Source of the DNA: Candidatus Tepidifontimicrobium thermophilum
GTDB taxonomy: Bacteria; Sysuimicrobiota; Sysuimicrobiia; Sysuimicrobiales; Sysuimicrobiaceae
Length of the DNA: 39,653 nucleotides
Direction of reading: 5' to 3'
NCBI GenBank assembly: GCA_031459915.1
Contig: JAVKHO010000022.1
Location: forward strand, 1-39,653
This document shows positions 1 to 8,297 of this stretch, one piece after another; within the stretch, counting starts at the first letter, position 1, and every line of letters starts with the position of its first letter. A program made the translations under genes and the position numbers. The notes beneath the pieces are model-generated. The model saw only the letters and a list, made by a program, of their open reading frames with translations, ran no database searches and was not told where the DNA came from.

Positions 1-301
1 GCCCCCTGGGAGCCTTCTACCGGCGCAAGCAGCGGCAGATCGGGCCCCACAAGGCCGTGGTGGCCCTGGCGCGCAAGCTTTTAGTGGTGGCCTGGCGCAT
101 GCTCCTCACGGGCGAAGTGTACCGGGCAACCAAGCCCGCCCTCCTGGAGCAGAAGCGGCAGCAGCTGGGCAGGGGGCTGGAGGCCGCCTCCAACTGGCAG
201 GCTGTGCTTTGGGAGCTGTGGCCCAGCCACGGAGCGCGACGGAGACGACGCAGGTGCGCGGCGTAGGCTGCGGGAGGGCTTGACTTCGATCACAGGTGCC
301 T
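1..301 (+). mobile_element. Right part of an IS110-family element; short right end carrying an outward -35-like TTGACT (280-285)
   Basis: After the transposase stop there are about 35 bp ending CTTGACTTCGATCACAGGTGC(CT). IS256-like coding sequence on the other strand starts abruptly at about 300. The exact boundary is inferred. Confidence 0.6.
3..266 (+). CDS. IS110-family transposase, C-terminal part (5'-truncated by window edge)
   Basis: Frame is open from nt 3: PLGAFYRRKQRQIGPHKAVVALARKLLVVAWRMLLTGEVY, the typical 'FYxR...K.A..A.ARKL....W.ML..GE.Y' tail of IS110/IS116/IS902 transposases; stop TAG at 264-266. Confidence 0.85.
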   Translation, partial: PLGAFYRRKQRQIGPHKAVVALARKLLVVAWRMLLTGEVYRATKPALLEQKRQQLGRGLEAASNWQAVLWELWPSHGARRRRRRCAA

Positions 302-617
302 TGGTGCGCCGGGCGAACAGGGGGAGGATCCGGCTGCAACTCTACTCCTCCAGGCCCCGTACCCGCGGCCGCCGCAGGGTCACACTCCCCACAGGCGTCA
401 GCAGCTTCCGGGGCCTCCCGCAGCCGCGCCATTACCCGGCCGGCCCGTCCACGGCTGCCCGCCGCTGGTACTTCACCCGCCCAGCAGCTCACTCACCTCC
501 GCCTCCAGGGCCGCCTGGAGCAGCTTCTGGATCGCCTCCCGGAGCTCATGGGTGCAGCCCCTCCCAGGTGGGGCTTGACGTCAGGCTCCTTGACGTGGTC
601 CGCTGGACTTGAGCGGT
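300..617 (-). pseudogene. IS256-family (mutator-type) transposase N-terminal fragment, degraded
   Basis: Manual minus-strand translation: ELREAIQKLLQAALEAEVSELLG /frameshift near 478/ VKYQRRAAVDGPAG*WRGCGRPRKLLTPVGSVTLRRPRVRGLEE*SCSRILPLFARRTK. This matches the IS256 N-terminus pattern (LEAEV..LGR.RY.R...GYRNG..PR.L....G...L.RPR.R...F.S.ILP...RRT). In-frame stops at 432-434 and 342-344; strong RBS GAAAGGAGGA at about 631-622. Confidence 0.8.
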
Positions 618-684
618 GGCTCTCCTCCTTTCCGGGCCTTCCAGCCCAGGTTTTTCCTCTAGGAGGAGGGTACACCGCCCTCGC

Positions 685-710
685 TTTTCCACACTTTTCG
701 AGGGTACCTC
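685..710 (-). mobile_element. Putative left terminal inverted repeat of the IS256-family relic (GAGGTACCCTCGAAAAGTGTGGAAAA)
   Basis: AT-rich, IR-like segment about 70-90 bp upstream of the IS256 fragment; GAGGGTAC occurs twice (666-673, 700-707). The partner IR is not in the window. Confidence 0.5.
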
Positions 711-719
711 CCGCCTGCC

Positions 720-935
720 GGCCATACTCACACGGCCACACTGCTACTGGGCCAGAGAGCGGCTGCGGGCCTTCTACTGCCCCCGGCCCCGGCCGTGCCC
801 ACGCCTGCTGGAGGCCGCCTCCTCCTATCCTCCAGCACGCTGACTATGCCGAGCGGCTTACCTGCCACCGCCACCGCGCAACCAGCGCGTATACCGACGG
901 AATCCAGACCAAGATCAAGCTACGGCTTCGGATGA
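720..935 (+). pseudogene. ISL3-family-like transposase relic (frameshifted C-terminal fragments)
   Basis: HCYWARERLRAFY (about 738-777) resembles the ISL3 'AY.LKE.LR..Y' segment. In another frame, RATSAYTDGIQTKIKL (about 875-922) resembles the ISL3 'R.TNA..EG.N.KIK..KR' motif. Confidence 0.6.
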
Positions 936-987
936 AGACGCGTCACATGGGGCCCTTTCCTCCCAAGACGGGCTGGCCCGGATTTCC

Positions 988-1950
988 CTACGGGTCCAGG
1001 ACGACGTGGCGGATGGCCTGCCGCAGGGCCGTGTAGGCGACGTGCACCCTGCCCTGCGAGTCCACGACCACGGCCGGGTACGAGTACTCGCCAGGGCCGG
1101 CCTCCAGGTCCCACACCCGGGTCCAGGTCGCACCGCCGTCCCGGCTCTCCGCCAGCGACAGAGGGTACCGCCATTCCCATACCATGGGGTCTCGGCCGCG
1201 GTCAGTATGGTTGTACACCAACCAGAGCCGCCCGTCAGGCAGCCGGACGGCGTCCACCCCAGCGTTGGGGTTCGGCAGTGAGGTAGGCGCGGGATCCGAC
1301 CAAGTCCGGCCAGCGTCCCTACTGCGGCAACCCCAGATCCGCCCCTCCTTGGTCCGCATCAGCATCAGCAGCTCGCCGGAGCCCACCTCGACCAAAGTCC
1401 CTTGAATCATCGGCACCCCAGTGCCGGCACCCACCGTGAGCTCGTCAAACTCCCAGTCCATGTGATGTTCTGGACCGCGTAGCCTCGCCACACCTACGGT
1501 CCACGCGCGTTCGTCGTAAACGGGAAGGAGCAGCTCTTCCCCGACGCGGATCGGCTTGTTCTTCGTCAGGACCCCCGGGCGGTCCAACAGTCGGACCTCC
1601 GGGGACCACGTGTGTCCTCCGTCGAAGGACACCCGGGCGTGCGGTCGGCCATCCACGCACCACCGGCCGTCCACGCGGAAGTACACGAGCCACAGAACCC
1701 CCGCGTGGCCCTCGAACAGCACGGGGTTCCCGCACGGTTGCCCGTCTGCAGGCGCCACCAGCTCCGGGGCGGACCACACGCCCCGCTGCGGCTCCAGGCG
1801 CGCGAGGTAGACGGAGGCGTCAGGCTCACCCTCCCGCGTGCCTCCGAACCACGCCGCCAGGAGCCGGTCCCCGACTGGTAGGAGGGTGGCTCCGTGGCAA
1901 AAGGCGGTGGGAAGCGGGTTCGTCACCTCCAGACGACTCAACACCCGCAC
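988..1950 (-). CDS. BNR/Asp-box repeat beta-propeller protein (sialidase-fold, predicted neuraminidase-like), cytoplasmic
   Basis: Asp boxes SFDGGHTW, SRDAGRTW, SRDGGATW; family motifs AAWFGGTREG, GNPVLF, KNKPI, YSYPAV; no signal peptide; GGAGGG RBS. Confidence 0.8.
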   Translation of the reverse strand: MRVLSRLEVTNPLPTAFCHGATLLPVGDRLLAAWFGGTREGEPDASVYLARLEPQRGVWSAPELVAPADGQPCGNPVLFEGHAGVLWLVYFRVDGRWCVDGRPHARVSFDGGHTWSPEVRLLDRPGVLTKNKPIRVGEELLLPVYDERAWTVGVARLRGPEHHMDWEFDELTVGAGTGVPMIQGTLVEVGSGELLMLMRTKEGRIWGCRSRDAGRTWSDPAPTSLPNPNAGVDAVRLPDGRLWLVYNHTDRGRDPMVWEWRYPLSLAESRDGGATWTRVWDLEAGPGEYSYPAVVVDSQGRVHVAYTALRQAIRHVVLDP

Positions 1951-2019
1951 GGCCGCCCTCCGCAGAGCAGTCCGCCGCTTCTGGACGCAGCCGTCACCCC
2001 GTGACCGGACCTCCTTTCC

Positions 2020-2862
2020 TTAACGGAACGCGGTCAACGTAACCCCGCGGATGATGTGCCGCTGCAGCAGCAAGAAAACCAACACCGCCGGCACCGTGGC
2101 GAGGGAAGCCCCGGCCATGAGGACCCCGTAGTCGATGTCGTACGCCCCCTGCAGGGCGCGCAACCCGATCGGGAGCGTGAACATCCGAGGCGACGAGAGC
2201 GCGATCATGGACCAGAAAAACTCGTTCCAAGAGAATACGAACATGTAGATGGCGAGAGCCGCGAGGGCAGGCCCGCTGAGCGGCAAGATGACCGAGAGCA
2301 GGATCCGCCAGCTGCCGGCCCCGTCCACCCGGGCGGCGTCGTCCAGCTCCTGCGGAATGTTCAGGAAAAACTGACGGAGCAAAAAGACTCCGACCGGCAT
2401 CCCCACGATGGGCAGGAACACTCCGGGGTACGTGTTCAGCAACTGCAGTCGGTTCATGAGGAAGTAGAGGGGGATGACGTTCACCTCCAGGGGGATGAGC
2501 ATGGAGGAAAGAAAAATCAGGAAGACGGCGTCCCGGCCCCGCCACTGGAGCCGGGAGAAGGCGAAGGCCGCTGGCACGGAGACGACGGTCGACAGGACCG
2601 TGGTGGCGGTGGCGACCACCCCGCTGTTCCATACCCACCGGAGGAACGGCCATTTGGTGAGCACCCCGCTCAAGTGGTCCCACACCACGACGGACGGGAC
2701 CCACACGGGGGGAAGCGCGAAGATGTGAGGTGTCGGTTTCACCGCCGTCGCGAACATCCACAGGACGGGCGCCAGCCACAGCATCGCCGCCAACGCCGCC
2801 AGGACGAGCCCTGCCCGTGCCAAGCCCCGAACGTTCACCCCGCGCTCCCGTATCCCAGCCAC
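2020..2862 (-). CDS. Carbohydrate ABC transporter permease (MalG/UgpE-like)
   Basis: Multiple TM helices; EAA loop IPQELDDAARVDGAG; WNEFFW motif. Confidence 0.92.
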   Translation of the reverse strand: MAGIRERGVNVRGLARAGLVLAALAAMLWLAPVLWMFATAVKPTPHIFALPPVWVPSVVVWDHLSGVLTKWPFLRWVWNSGVVATATTVLSTVVSVPAAFAFSRLQWRGRDAVFLIFLSSMLIPLEVNVIPLYFLMNRLQLLNTYPGVFLPIVGMPVGVFLLRQFFLNIPQELDDAARVDGAGSWRILLSVILPLSGPALAALAIYMFVFSWNEFFWSMIALSSPRMFTLPIGLRALQGAYDIDYGVLMAGASLATVPAVLVFLLLQRHIIRGVTLTAFR

Positions 2863-3794
2863 CGGAAGGACAGCAGCGTGAGGGAGAGGATCAGGGCAAA
2901 GATCACGACCCCCACCGCGGCGGCCTGCCCCATCTCCAGGTACTCAAAGCCAAACCGGTACAGGTACAGGGCCAAGACCTCGGACGCCCGGCCCGGTCCT
3001 CCCGCAGTCATGATGAGGACCTGGCCGAACACGATGAACCCGGAGATCCCCGTCAGGACCAAGGCGAACAGCGCTGCTGGTTTCAGGAGCGGGAGCAGCA
3101 CCGATCGAAGGAGGCGCCATCCCGTAGCACCGTCCACCTTCGCCGCGTCGAAGATCTCCTCCGGGATGTCCTCCAGGGCAGCCCGGAAGATGACCATGCG
3201 GTACCCGGCCAGCCACCACGCGGTGGCGAACGCGATGGACGGTAGGGCCCAGGCCGGCTCATTGAGAAAGACGGGCGGCCGTAGGCCCAGGCTCCGCAGG
3301 GCCAGGAGCACTGCCCCGAAGTCCGGATCCAGCAGCCACCGCCAGACCAGACCGACCACGGACACGTTGAGAAGATACGGGAAGAAGAAGGCCGCTTCCA
3401 CCCACCGCGTCGCGGGGCGGCCCCGGTACGTAAACAGCGTCAGCGCCAGCCCGACGCCCAATGCCAGGATCCCGGGCACGGTCAGGGCGGCGAAGGCGAG
3501 GGTGTTCCGCAGGGCGTTCCAGAACCGACGGTCCGCCGCAAGCCTCAGGTAGTTGCTCACCCCCACGAACTGGACGTCGCCGAGCGGGTCCCATCGGTAG
3601 AGGCTGATGCCGACGCCGTACAGTACGGGACCCAGGCGGAACAGCAGCCAGAAAGCTGCAAACGGCGCCAGGAACAGCACCACCTCTCCCGCCCGGAGCA
3701 ACCGACGGAGGCCTCGGGAGGGTACGCGGGCCGAGGCCTCCGCAGGGGCCCCGGCCCGTACCCGGTCCCACACCGTCCTAGCTCGCCAGGACAC
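2835..3794 (-). CDS. Carbohydrate ABC transporter permease (MalF/UgpA-like)
   Basis: FVGVSNY, EAA loop IPEEIFDAAKVDGA, TAGGPG; start codon uncertain. Confidence 0.92.
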   Translation of the reverse strand: MSWRARTVWDRVRAGAPAEASARVPSRGLRRLLRAGEVVLFLAPFAAFWLLFRLGPVLYGVGISLYRWDPLGDVQFVGVSNYLRLAADRRFWNALRNTLAFAALTVPGILALGVGLALTLFTYRGRPATRWVEAAFFFPYLLNVSVVGLVWRWLLDPDFGAVLLALRSLGLRPPVFLNEPAWALPSIAFATAWWLAGYRMVIFRAALEDIPEEIFDAAKVDGATGWRLLRSVLLPLLKPAALFALVLTGISGFIVFGQVLIMTAGGPGRASEVLALYLYRFGFEYLEMGQAAAVGVVIFALILSLTLLSFRWLGYGSAG

Positions 3795-5070
3795 GGTTCA
3801 CTTCCGCCTCTGCCCGAGCCAGGGCCTCACGGGGAGACATCCGCAGGTTGTAGGCCTCCTGCACCGCCGGCTCGATGGCCGCATGGATCTGCGGCGCCTT
3901 CGGGTGGATCACCGGGTAGTGCACCCACCCTCGGTTGGCCATCTCGGAGAATTTCCGCAAGGCGAGCCTCCAGGAGTCGGACTCCAGCAATTCCCGGGAC
4001 CGCTGTGCGGGCAGGTAAGCAGGGATGTGACCGCCGTGGATGCCCCACAGGTGCGAGTTCTCGTTGATCCACTTGATCGTGCGGATCGCTTCCACCAGGA
4101 CCTCGTTGCTCGTGCGCTCCGGCCGCTGGCGCGGGATCACCAGGTTGTGGCTGTCCCCCCAGGTCACCGGACGGTCGAAGAACTTCGGCACGTAGTGGAA
4201 TCCGAAGTTGACCCCGCTGCCCTTCGCGGTGGGCAGGTACCAGTTCCCCGCCAAAAGCATTCCGACCTGACCCGCCGCGAACAGCTTGAACCCGTCCGTG
4301 CCCGGCTGGTGCCAGCCGCGCCGGCTGAGGGCGACCAGGTAGTCCAGGGCCCGCAGCCCCCGCTCGTCGTTGAACGCCGCCCGCCGGCCGTCGGGCGTCA
4401 GCAACTCGCCCCCCTGCCCCCAGAAGAGGATCTCCCACGCCCGCCGGACCTTCCGGGGCAGCGCGTCCTCGCACGGGTGGAAGGCCATGCGCCCGGTCCG
4501 GCTGCGGATGGCCTCGCATGCCCGCTCGAACTCCTCCCGGGTTTCGGGCGGCCGATCGGGATCCAAGCCTGCCTGCCGGAACAGATCTTTGTTGTACCAC
4601 AGCCCCCACATGTGGGAGTCCAGGGGGACCAGGTACCGCTTCCCCTGGTAAACGCCCGCGTCCCACACACTCCGCGTGTACTCGGAGCCACGGATCCGGG
4701 CCATCTCCAGCAGGTTGCCCGCCCGAGACTCCTCCAGCGGCGTCAGGGCCCGGTAGACGTCCATCACCCGGCTCGTGTGGCAGATGCCGATGTGGGGCGC
4801 GTTCCCGGCCCCCACGGCGGCGAAGAGCTGTGCGTAGTACTCCGCCCACTGGCCCTGTAGCAGGTTGATCTGGACGTCCCGGTGCTCCGCGTTGAACTTC
4901 CGCACGATCATCTCCATCGCCGCGGCGTCGCCGCTATGGAACAGCGTGTAAAAGTCCAGGACCACAGGCCGCTTCTGCGCCCAAGCGGGTCGGCCGAACC
5001 CCGCACAGGCGGATAGCGCAGCCCCCACCGCCATCCTCAGGAACTCCCGACGGCTGACTCCAACCTCCAT
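3778..5070 (-). CDS. Carbohydrate ABC transporter substrate-binding protein with twin-arginine signal
   Basis: SRREFLR Tat motif and AWA/Q cleavage site; family-1 SBP motifs (KFNAEH, LWYNKDLFRQAGLDP..PPET). ATG at 5070 follows a GGGAGGTGA RBS; the track start at 5109 is overextended. Confidence 0.9.
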   Translation of the reverse strand: MEVGVSRREFLRMAVGAALSACAGFGRPAWAQKRPVVLDFYTLFHSGDAAAMEMIVRKFNAEHRDVQINLLQGQWAEYYAQLFAAVGAGNAPHIGICHTSRVMDVYRALTPLEESRAGNLLEMARIRGSEYTRSVWDAGVYQGKRYLVPLDSHMWGLWYNKDLFRQAGLDPDRPPETREEFERACEAIRSRTGRMAFHPCEDALPRKVRRAWEILFWGQGGELLTPDGRRAAFNDERGLRALDYLVALSRRGWHQPGTDGFKLFAAGQVGMLLAGNWYLPTAKGSGVNFGFHYVPKFFDRPVTWGDSHNLVIPRQRPERTSNEVLVEAIRTIKWINENSHLWGIHGGHIPAYLPAQRSRELLESDSWRLALRKFSEMANRGWVHYPVIHPKAPQIHAAIEPAVQEAYNLRMSPREALARAEAEVNRVLAS

Positions 5071-5077
5071 CCCTAGG

Positions 5078-6727
5078 TCACCTCCCTTCTCGAGTCTCCG
5101 GCTCGGCACGACGAGAAGCCCCCCGGCGTGCTCGGAGCCGTTTCATGAGGTCGGTCCCTCCCTCCCCGAAGTGGCGCGCCAGTTCGACGTAGTCCGTATA
5201 CAGGGCACCGTAGACCCGGTGTGCCGACGGGTCCGGGAGGTAGCGTGTCCCGCCCCGGGCCCCCATGCGCGCTACCGCCTCCTCCACCGAGCCGTACACC
5301 CCGGCGGCTGCCGCGGCGTAGATGGCCGCGCCGACCGCCGAGGCGTGGCGGACCTCGGAAGCCACCACCTCGCGGCCCAGCACGTCTGCGAGGATCTGAA
5401 GAAGGAGGGCGTTGCGCTCCGCCAGCCCTCCACACGCCACCACCTCCCGGATCTCGACACCTCCGGCTTCGAAGGTCTCCACCACCCGGCGGGTGCCGAA
5501 GGCGCTGGCTTCCAGCAGGGCCCGGTACACCTCCGGCGGCTCGGTACGCAGGGTGAGGCCCACCACCAGACCCGACAGGTCCGCGTCGACCAGCGGCGTA
5601 CGGCACCCGTTCCACCAGTCCAAGGCGAGGAGGCCGCTTTCGCCCGGCCGCAACTGCGCCGCTTGCGTTTCCAGCGCCGCGAACACCTCCGCCTCCGTGG
5701 CCCCCCACGAGGCGGGCACGCTCGTGCGGACGAACCACTGGAAGATGTCGCCCACAGAGGCCTGGCCGGCTTCGTAGCCGAACCACCCGGGCAGGATCCC
5801 GTCCTCCACCACGCCGGCGATCCCGCGCACCTCCCGGCGGCGGGGGCTCAGCATTAGGTGGCACGCGGACGTTCCGAGGATGGCCACCAGACGGCCCGGC
5901 TCGCGCACGCCTACGCCGGGTACGGCGGCGTGCGCGTCGATCACGGCCACGGCCACCCGGGTGTCCGGCCGCAGACCCGTTCGCCGTGCCCACTCCTCGG
6001 TCAGGCGTCCTGCTGCGGTCCCCAGCGGCTGAGGGGGGCTGAGGCGGTCCAGGAGCGTGGGGAGCTCCGGATCCAGGGCAGCCCAAAAGCTCGCGGGCGG
6101 ATAACCTTCCCCTTTCTGCCAGTGCGCCTTGTACCCTGCCTGGCAGGCGCTGCGGACTTCCCGCCCCACCAGCTGCCACACGACCCAGTCCCCCGCCTCG
6201 ATCCAGCGGGCTGCCCCCCGCATGACCCAGGCCGCTTCCGCGAGCACCTCCCAGCCCTTGGCCCACAGCCACTCGCTGGAGGTCTTACCGCCGTACCAGC
6301 GGAGGAAGCCCGCCTCAGGCCGAGCGGCGGCAGCGTTGATGCGGTCTGCGTACGCCTGCGCCGCGTGGTGCTTCCACAGCTTGGGCCAGGCGTGGGGCTC
6401 CGCCCGGTACTCAGGCATGGAGCACAAGGGCACCCCGTCGGGGTCCGTGGGCAGCACCGTGCAGGAGGTGAAGTCCACTCCGATCCCGACCACGTCGGGG
6501 GCTGCCAGCGCCCGCAGGAGCGTTTCCAGCGCCTCCAGCCAGTCCTGGGGGTGCTGCAGCGCCCACTCGGGAGGTAGTTCCGCACCCGTGCCCGGAAGGG
6601 TTCGGTCCAGGACGCCGTGTGGGTAGGCGAAGGTGGCAGTGGCCACCACCGCTCCGTCGGAACACCGGACCAACACGCCGCGGGCGGACTCGGTCCCGAA
6701 GTCCAGCCCGATCGTCAGCGGCTCCAT
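5078..6727 (-). CDS. araB: Ribulokinase (FGGY family, AraB-like)
   Basis: IGLDFGTESARG, WALQHPQD, GIGVDFTSCT, KLWKHHAAQ, YGGKTSSEW, CQAGYKA, IDAHAA, GTSAC, YEAGQ..VGD, LDWWNGCRTPL are hallmark ribulokinase motifs. Confidence 0.9.
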   Translation of the reverse strand: MEPLTIGLDFGTESARGVLVRCSDGAVVATATFAYPHGVLDRTLPGTGAELPPEWALQHPQDWLEALETLLRALAAPDVVGIGVDFTSCTVLPTDPDGVPLCSMPEYRAEPHAWPKLWKHHAAQAYADRINAAAARPEAGFLRWYGGKTSSEWLWAKGWEVLAEAAWVMRGAARWIEAGDWVVWQLVGREVRSACQAGYKAHWQKGEGYPPASFWAALDPELPTLLDRLSPPQPLGTAAGRLTEEWARRTGLRPDTRVAVAVIDAHAAVPGVGVREPGRLVAILGTSACHLMLSPRRREVRGIAGVVEDGILPGWFGYEAGQASVGDIFQWFVRTSVPASWGATEAEVFAALETQAAQLRPGESGLLALDWWNGCRTPLVDADLSGLVVGLTLRTEPPEVYRALLEASAFGTRRVVETFEAGGVEIREVVACGGLAERNALLLQILADVLGREVVASEVRHASAVGAAIYAAAAAGVYGSVEEAVARMGARGGTRYLPDPSAHRVYGALYTDYVELARHFGEGGTDLMKRLRARRGASRRAEPETREGR

Positions 6728-6730
6728 CGC

Positions 6731-8188
6731 CTACCCTGCTCCGACCTGCACCTCTTCCGACGACCGGACCCGGCCGTCGAACACCCGCGCCTCAATCCCG
6801 CACATCCGGCAGAACCACACGAGCTCCGCGACCCAGTCGCCGTACACCCCGTGGATGTGGTTGGAGTCGTACTCCGACAGGAACACGTCCGGTTGGACCC
6901 GGAACCGTGCGAACGCGTGCGGCCACTCGGGGGTGGTAGCCCTGACCTTCCGTTCCGTCACCTCCGCGGGGAACTCCACGAACTCCCCCGGCACGATGGC
7001 CATCCAGTACCGCCCGTTGCGGCGGGCCAGACGGGCGAGGGTCACCGGACCGGGAGCCGCCACGTGCATGACGGAGGCTCCGCCCGCGGGGAAGTACAGG
7101 ATGGCCGGGTACAGGTGCACCCGAGGCAGGTTGTCCGCGGGGTCGAAGGACCGGGCCGCGAAGTACGTGGCGTGCTGTCCCGAGTTGCACAGGTCCCACA
7201 CGTCGTCCGCCGCGTCGTAGTGCCGCACGTCGGCAAACAGCACGGGCGTCCCGCTGAGGTGCTTGAGCACCTCCATGGTCAGGGCTCCGTCGCTGTCCGC
7301 TTCAGTGGCGCACACGATGGGCTCGTGGGGCCCCTCCCAGTCGTAAGGGTCGTTCAGCAACGCCTCCGGTACGTCCATGGTGGCGAAGTGGTTCGTGAGC
7401 TCCGGCTGGCCCTTGATCCCACAGAAATCCAGCCGCCACTCGTCCACCAGCTCGCGTACCGCCAGGTAGGCCTTGAGCTGGCGGCGCAGGAGCTCCGGGG
7501 TCAGTTTTCGGCCGTCGTAGTGGATGGTGGCGCCGTGCCGTTCCCACCACCGGACCCCTTCCTCCACCCGGCTGTCCGGGATGCGCTCCGCGCGGCGGAC
7601 GATCTCGAACTGGTCGATGTGCTCGATATCGACGCCGAAGTCGCGGCGCCACTGGTCCAGGGCCGGGACCGCGGTGTACATGCCCATGGACCGACCGCCG
7701 ATGAGGCCGTACACCTCCCCCCGGAGCCGGTTCTTCACCGCCGCAGCCCGCAGAAAGGCCATCACCTTCCGGAACACGGCCTCGTCGCCCACGTCCCCCG
7801 ACACCCGGCCGCAGAAAACGCCGACCTGGTCCAGGCTGCCGGCGGCCGCCAGCATGGCCACCAGCCCCGGGTACTGAGGGTTGACGTTGGAGAACAGGAG
7901 GATGGGGGCCGGCGCGAAGTTGGCCGCCACCGCCGAGAAGTGGGGCCAGGCCCACACCGCGTAGTTGAACACGGTGGCCTCCACCCCCTGGGCGGCCAGG
8001 TAGCGGGCCTCGCTGCGGGCGAGGTCCACCGTCCACACCACCTCGCGGCCCGTGACGACGGTCCACCCGGCCGCCCGCAGCCGGTTCGCCAGGCGCTCCT
8101 GGAACCCCTCCACGATCCCTGCCACCTCGCGGTGGACGTGTTCCCGCCCGTCGGAAAAGCTCAGGATACCCACCCTGGGGGCTGCCAT
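6731..8188 (-). CDS. L-fucose/D-arabinose isomerase family protein (FucI-like aldose-ketose isomerase)
   Basis: GIKGQPELT, LNDPYDWEG, ATEADSDGALTM, FADVRH, DLCNSGQH, WPHAF, NHIHG with the metal-ligand E/D/H positions of FucI retained. ATG at 8188 follows an AGGAGGT RBS. Confidence 0.88.
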   Translation of the reverse strand: MAAPRVGILSFSDGREHVHREVAGIVEGFQERLANRLRAAGWTVVTGREVVWTVDLARSEARYLAAQGVEATVFNYAVWAWPHFSAVAANFAPAPILLFSNVNPQYPGLVAMLAAAGSLDQVGVFCGRVSGDVGDEAVFRKVMAFLRAAAVKNRLRGEVYGLIGGRSMGMYTAVPALDQWRRDFGVDIEHIDQFEIVRRAERIPDSRVEEGVRWWERHGATIHYDGRKLTPELLRRQLKAYLAVRELVDEWRLDFCGIKGQPELTNHFATMDVPEALLNDPYDWEGPHEPIVCATEADSDGALTMEVLKHLSGTPVLFADVRHYDAADDVWDLCNSGQHATYFAARSFDPADNLPRVHLYPAILYFPAGGASVMHVAAPGPVTLARLARRNGRYWMAIVPGEFVEFPAEVTERKVRATTPEWPHAFARFRVQPDVFLSEYDSNHIHGVYGDWVAELVWFCRMCGIEARVFDGRVRSSEEVQVGAG

Positions 8189-8199
8189 CCCGTACCTCC

Positions 8200-8219
8200 T
8201 TGTGACAACGTTTCCACAA
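8200..8219. promoter_or_regulatory. LacI-family operator 1 (TTGTGACAACGTTTCCACAA)
   Basis: Near-perfect palindrome with a central AACGTT (CpG core typical of LacI/GalR operators), directly abutting the isomerase RBS in the divergent isomerase/lacI intergenic region. Confidence 0.8.
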
Positions 8220-8297
8220 GTCGGCTTTCGTCGCCTGGAACCGAATTCCTCTTCCCAGAGGGCCCGAAAGGACTCGACGGGACCCCCGCGAATTTCC

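Noticed and set aside
296..1036. 246-aa plus-strand ORF as a real gene
   Set aside because: Mostly antisense to the IS256 relic; only a short stretch near 875-922 has ISL3-like similarity.
5078..8188. Classical L-arabinose (araBAD) or L-fucose (fucIKA) operon
   Set aside because: The isomerase is FucI-like rather than AraA-like, and neither araD nor fucA is in the window, although they could be elsewhere in the genome.
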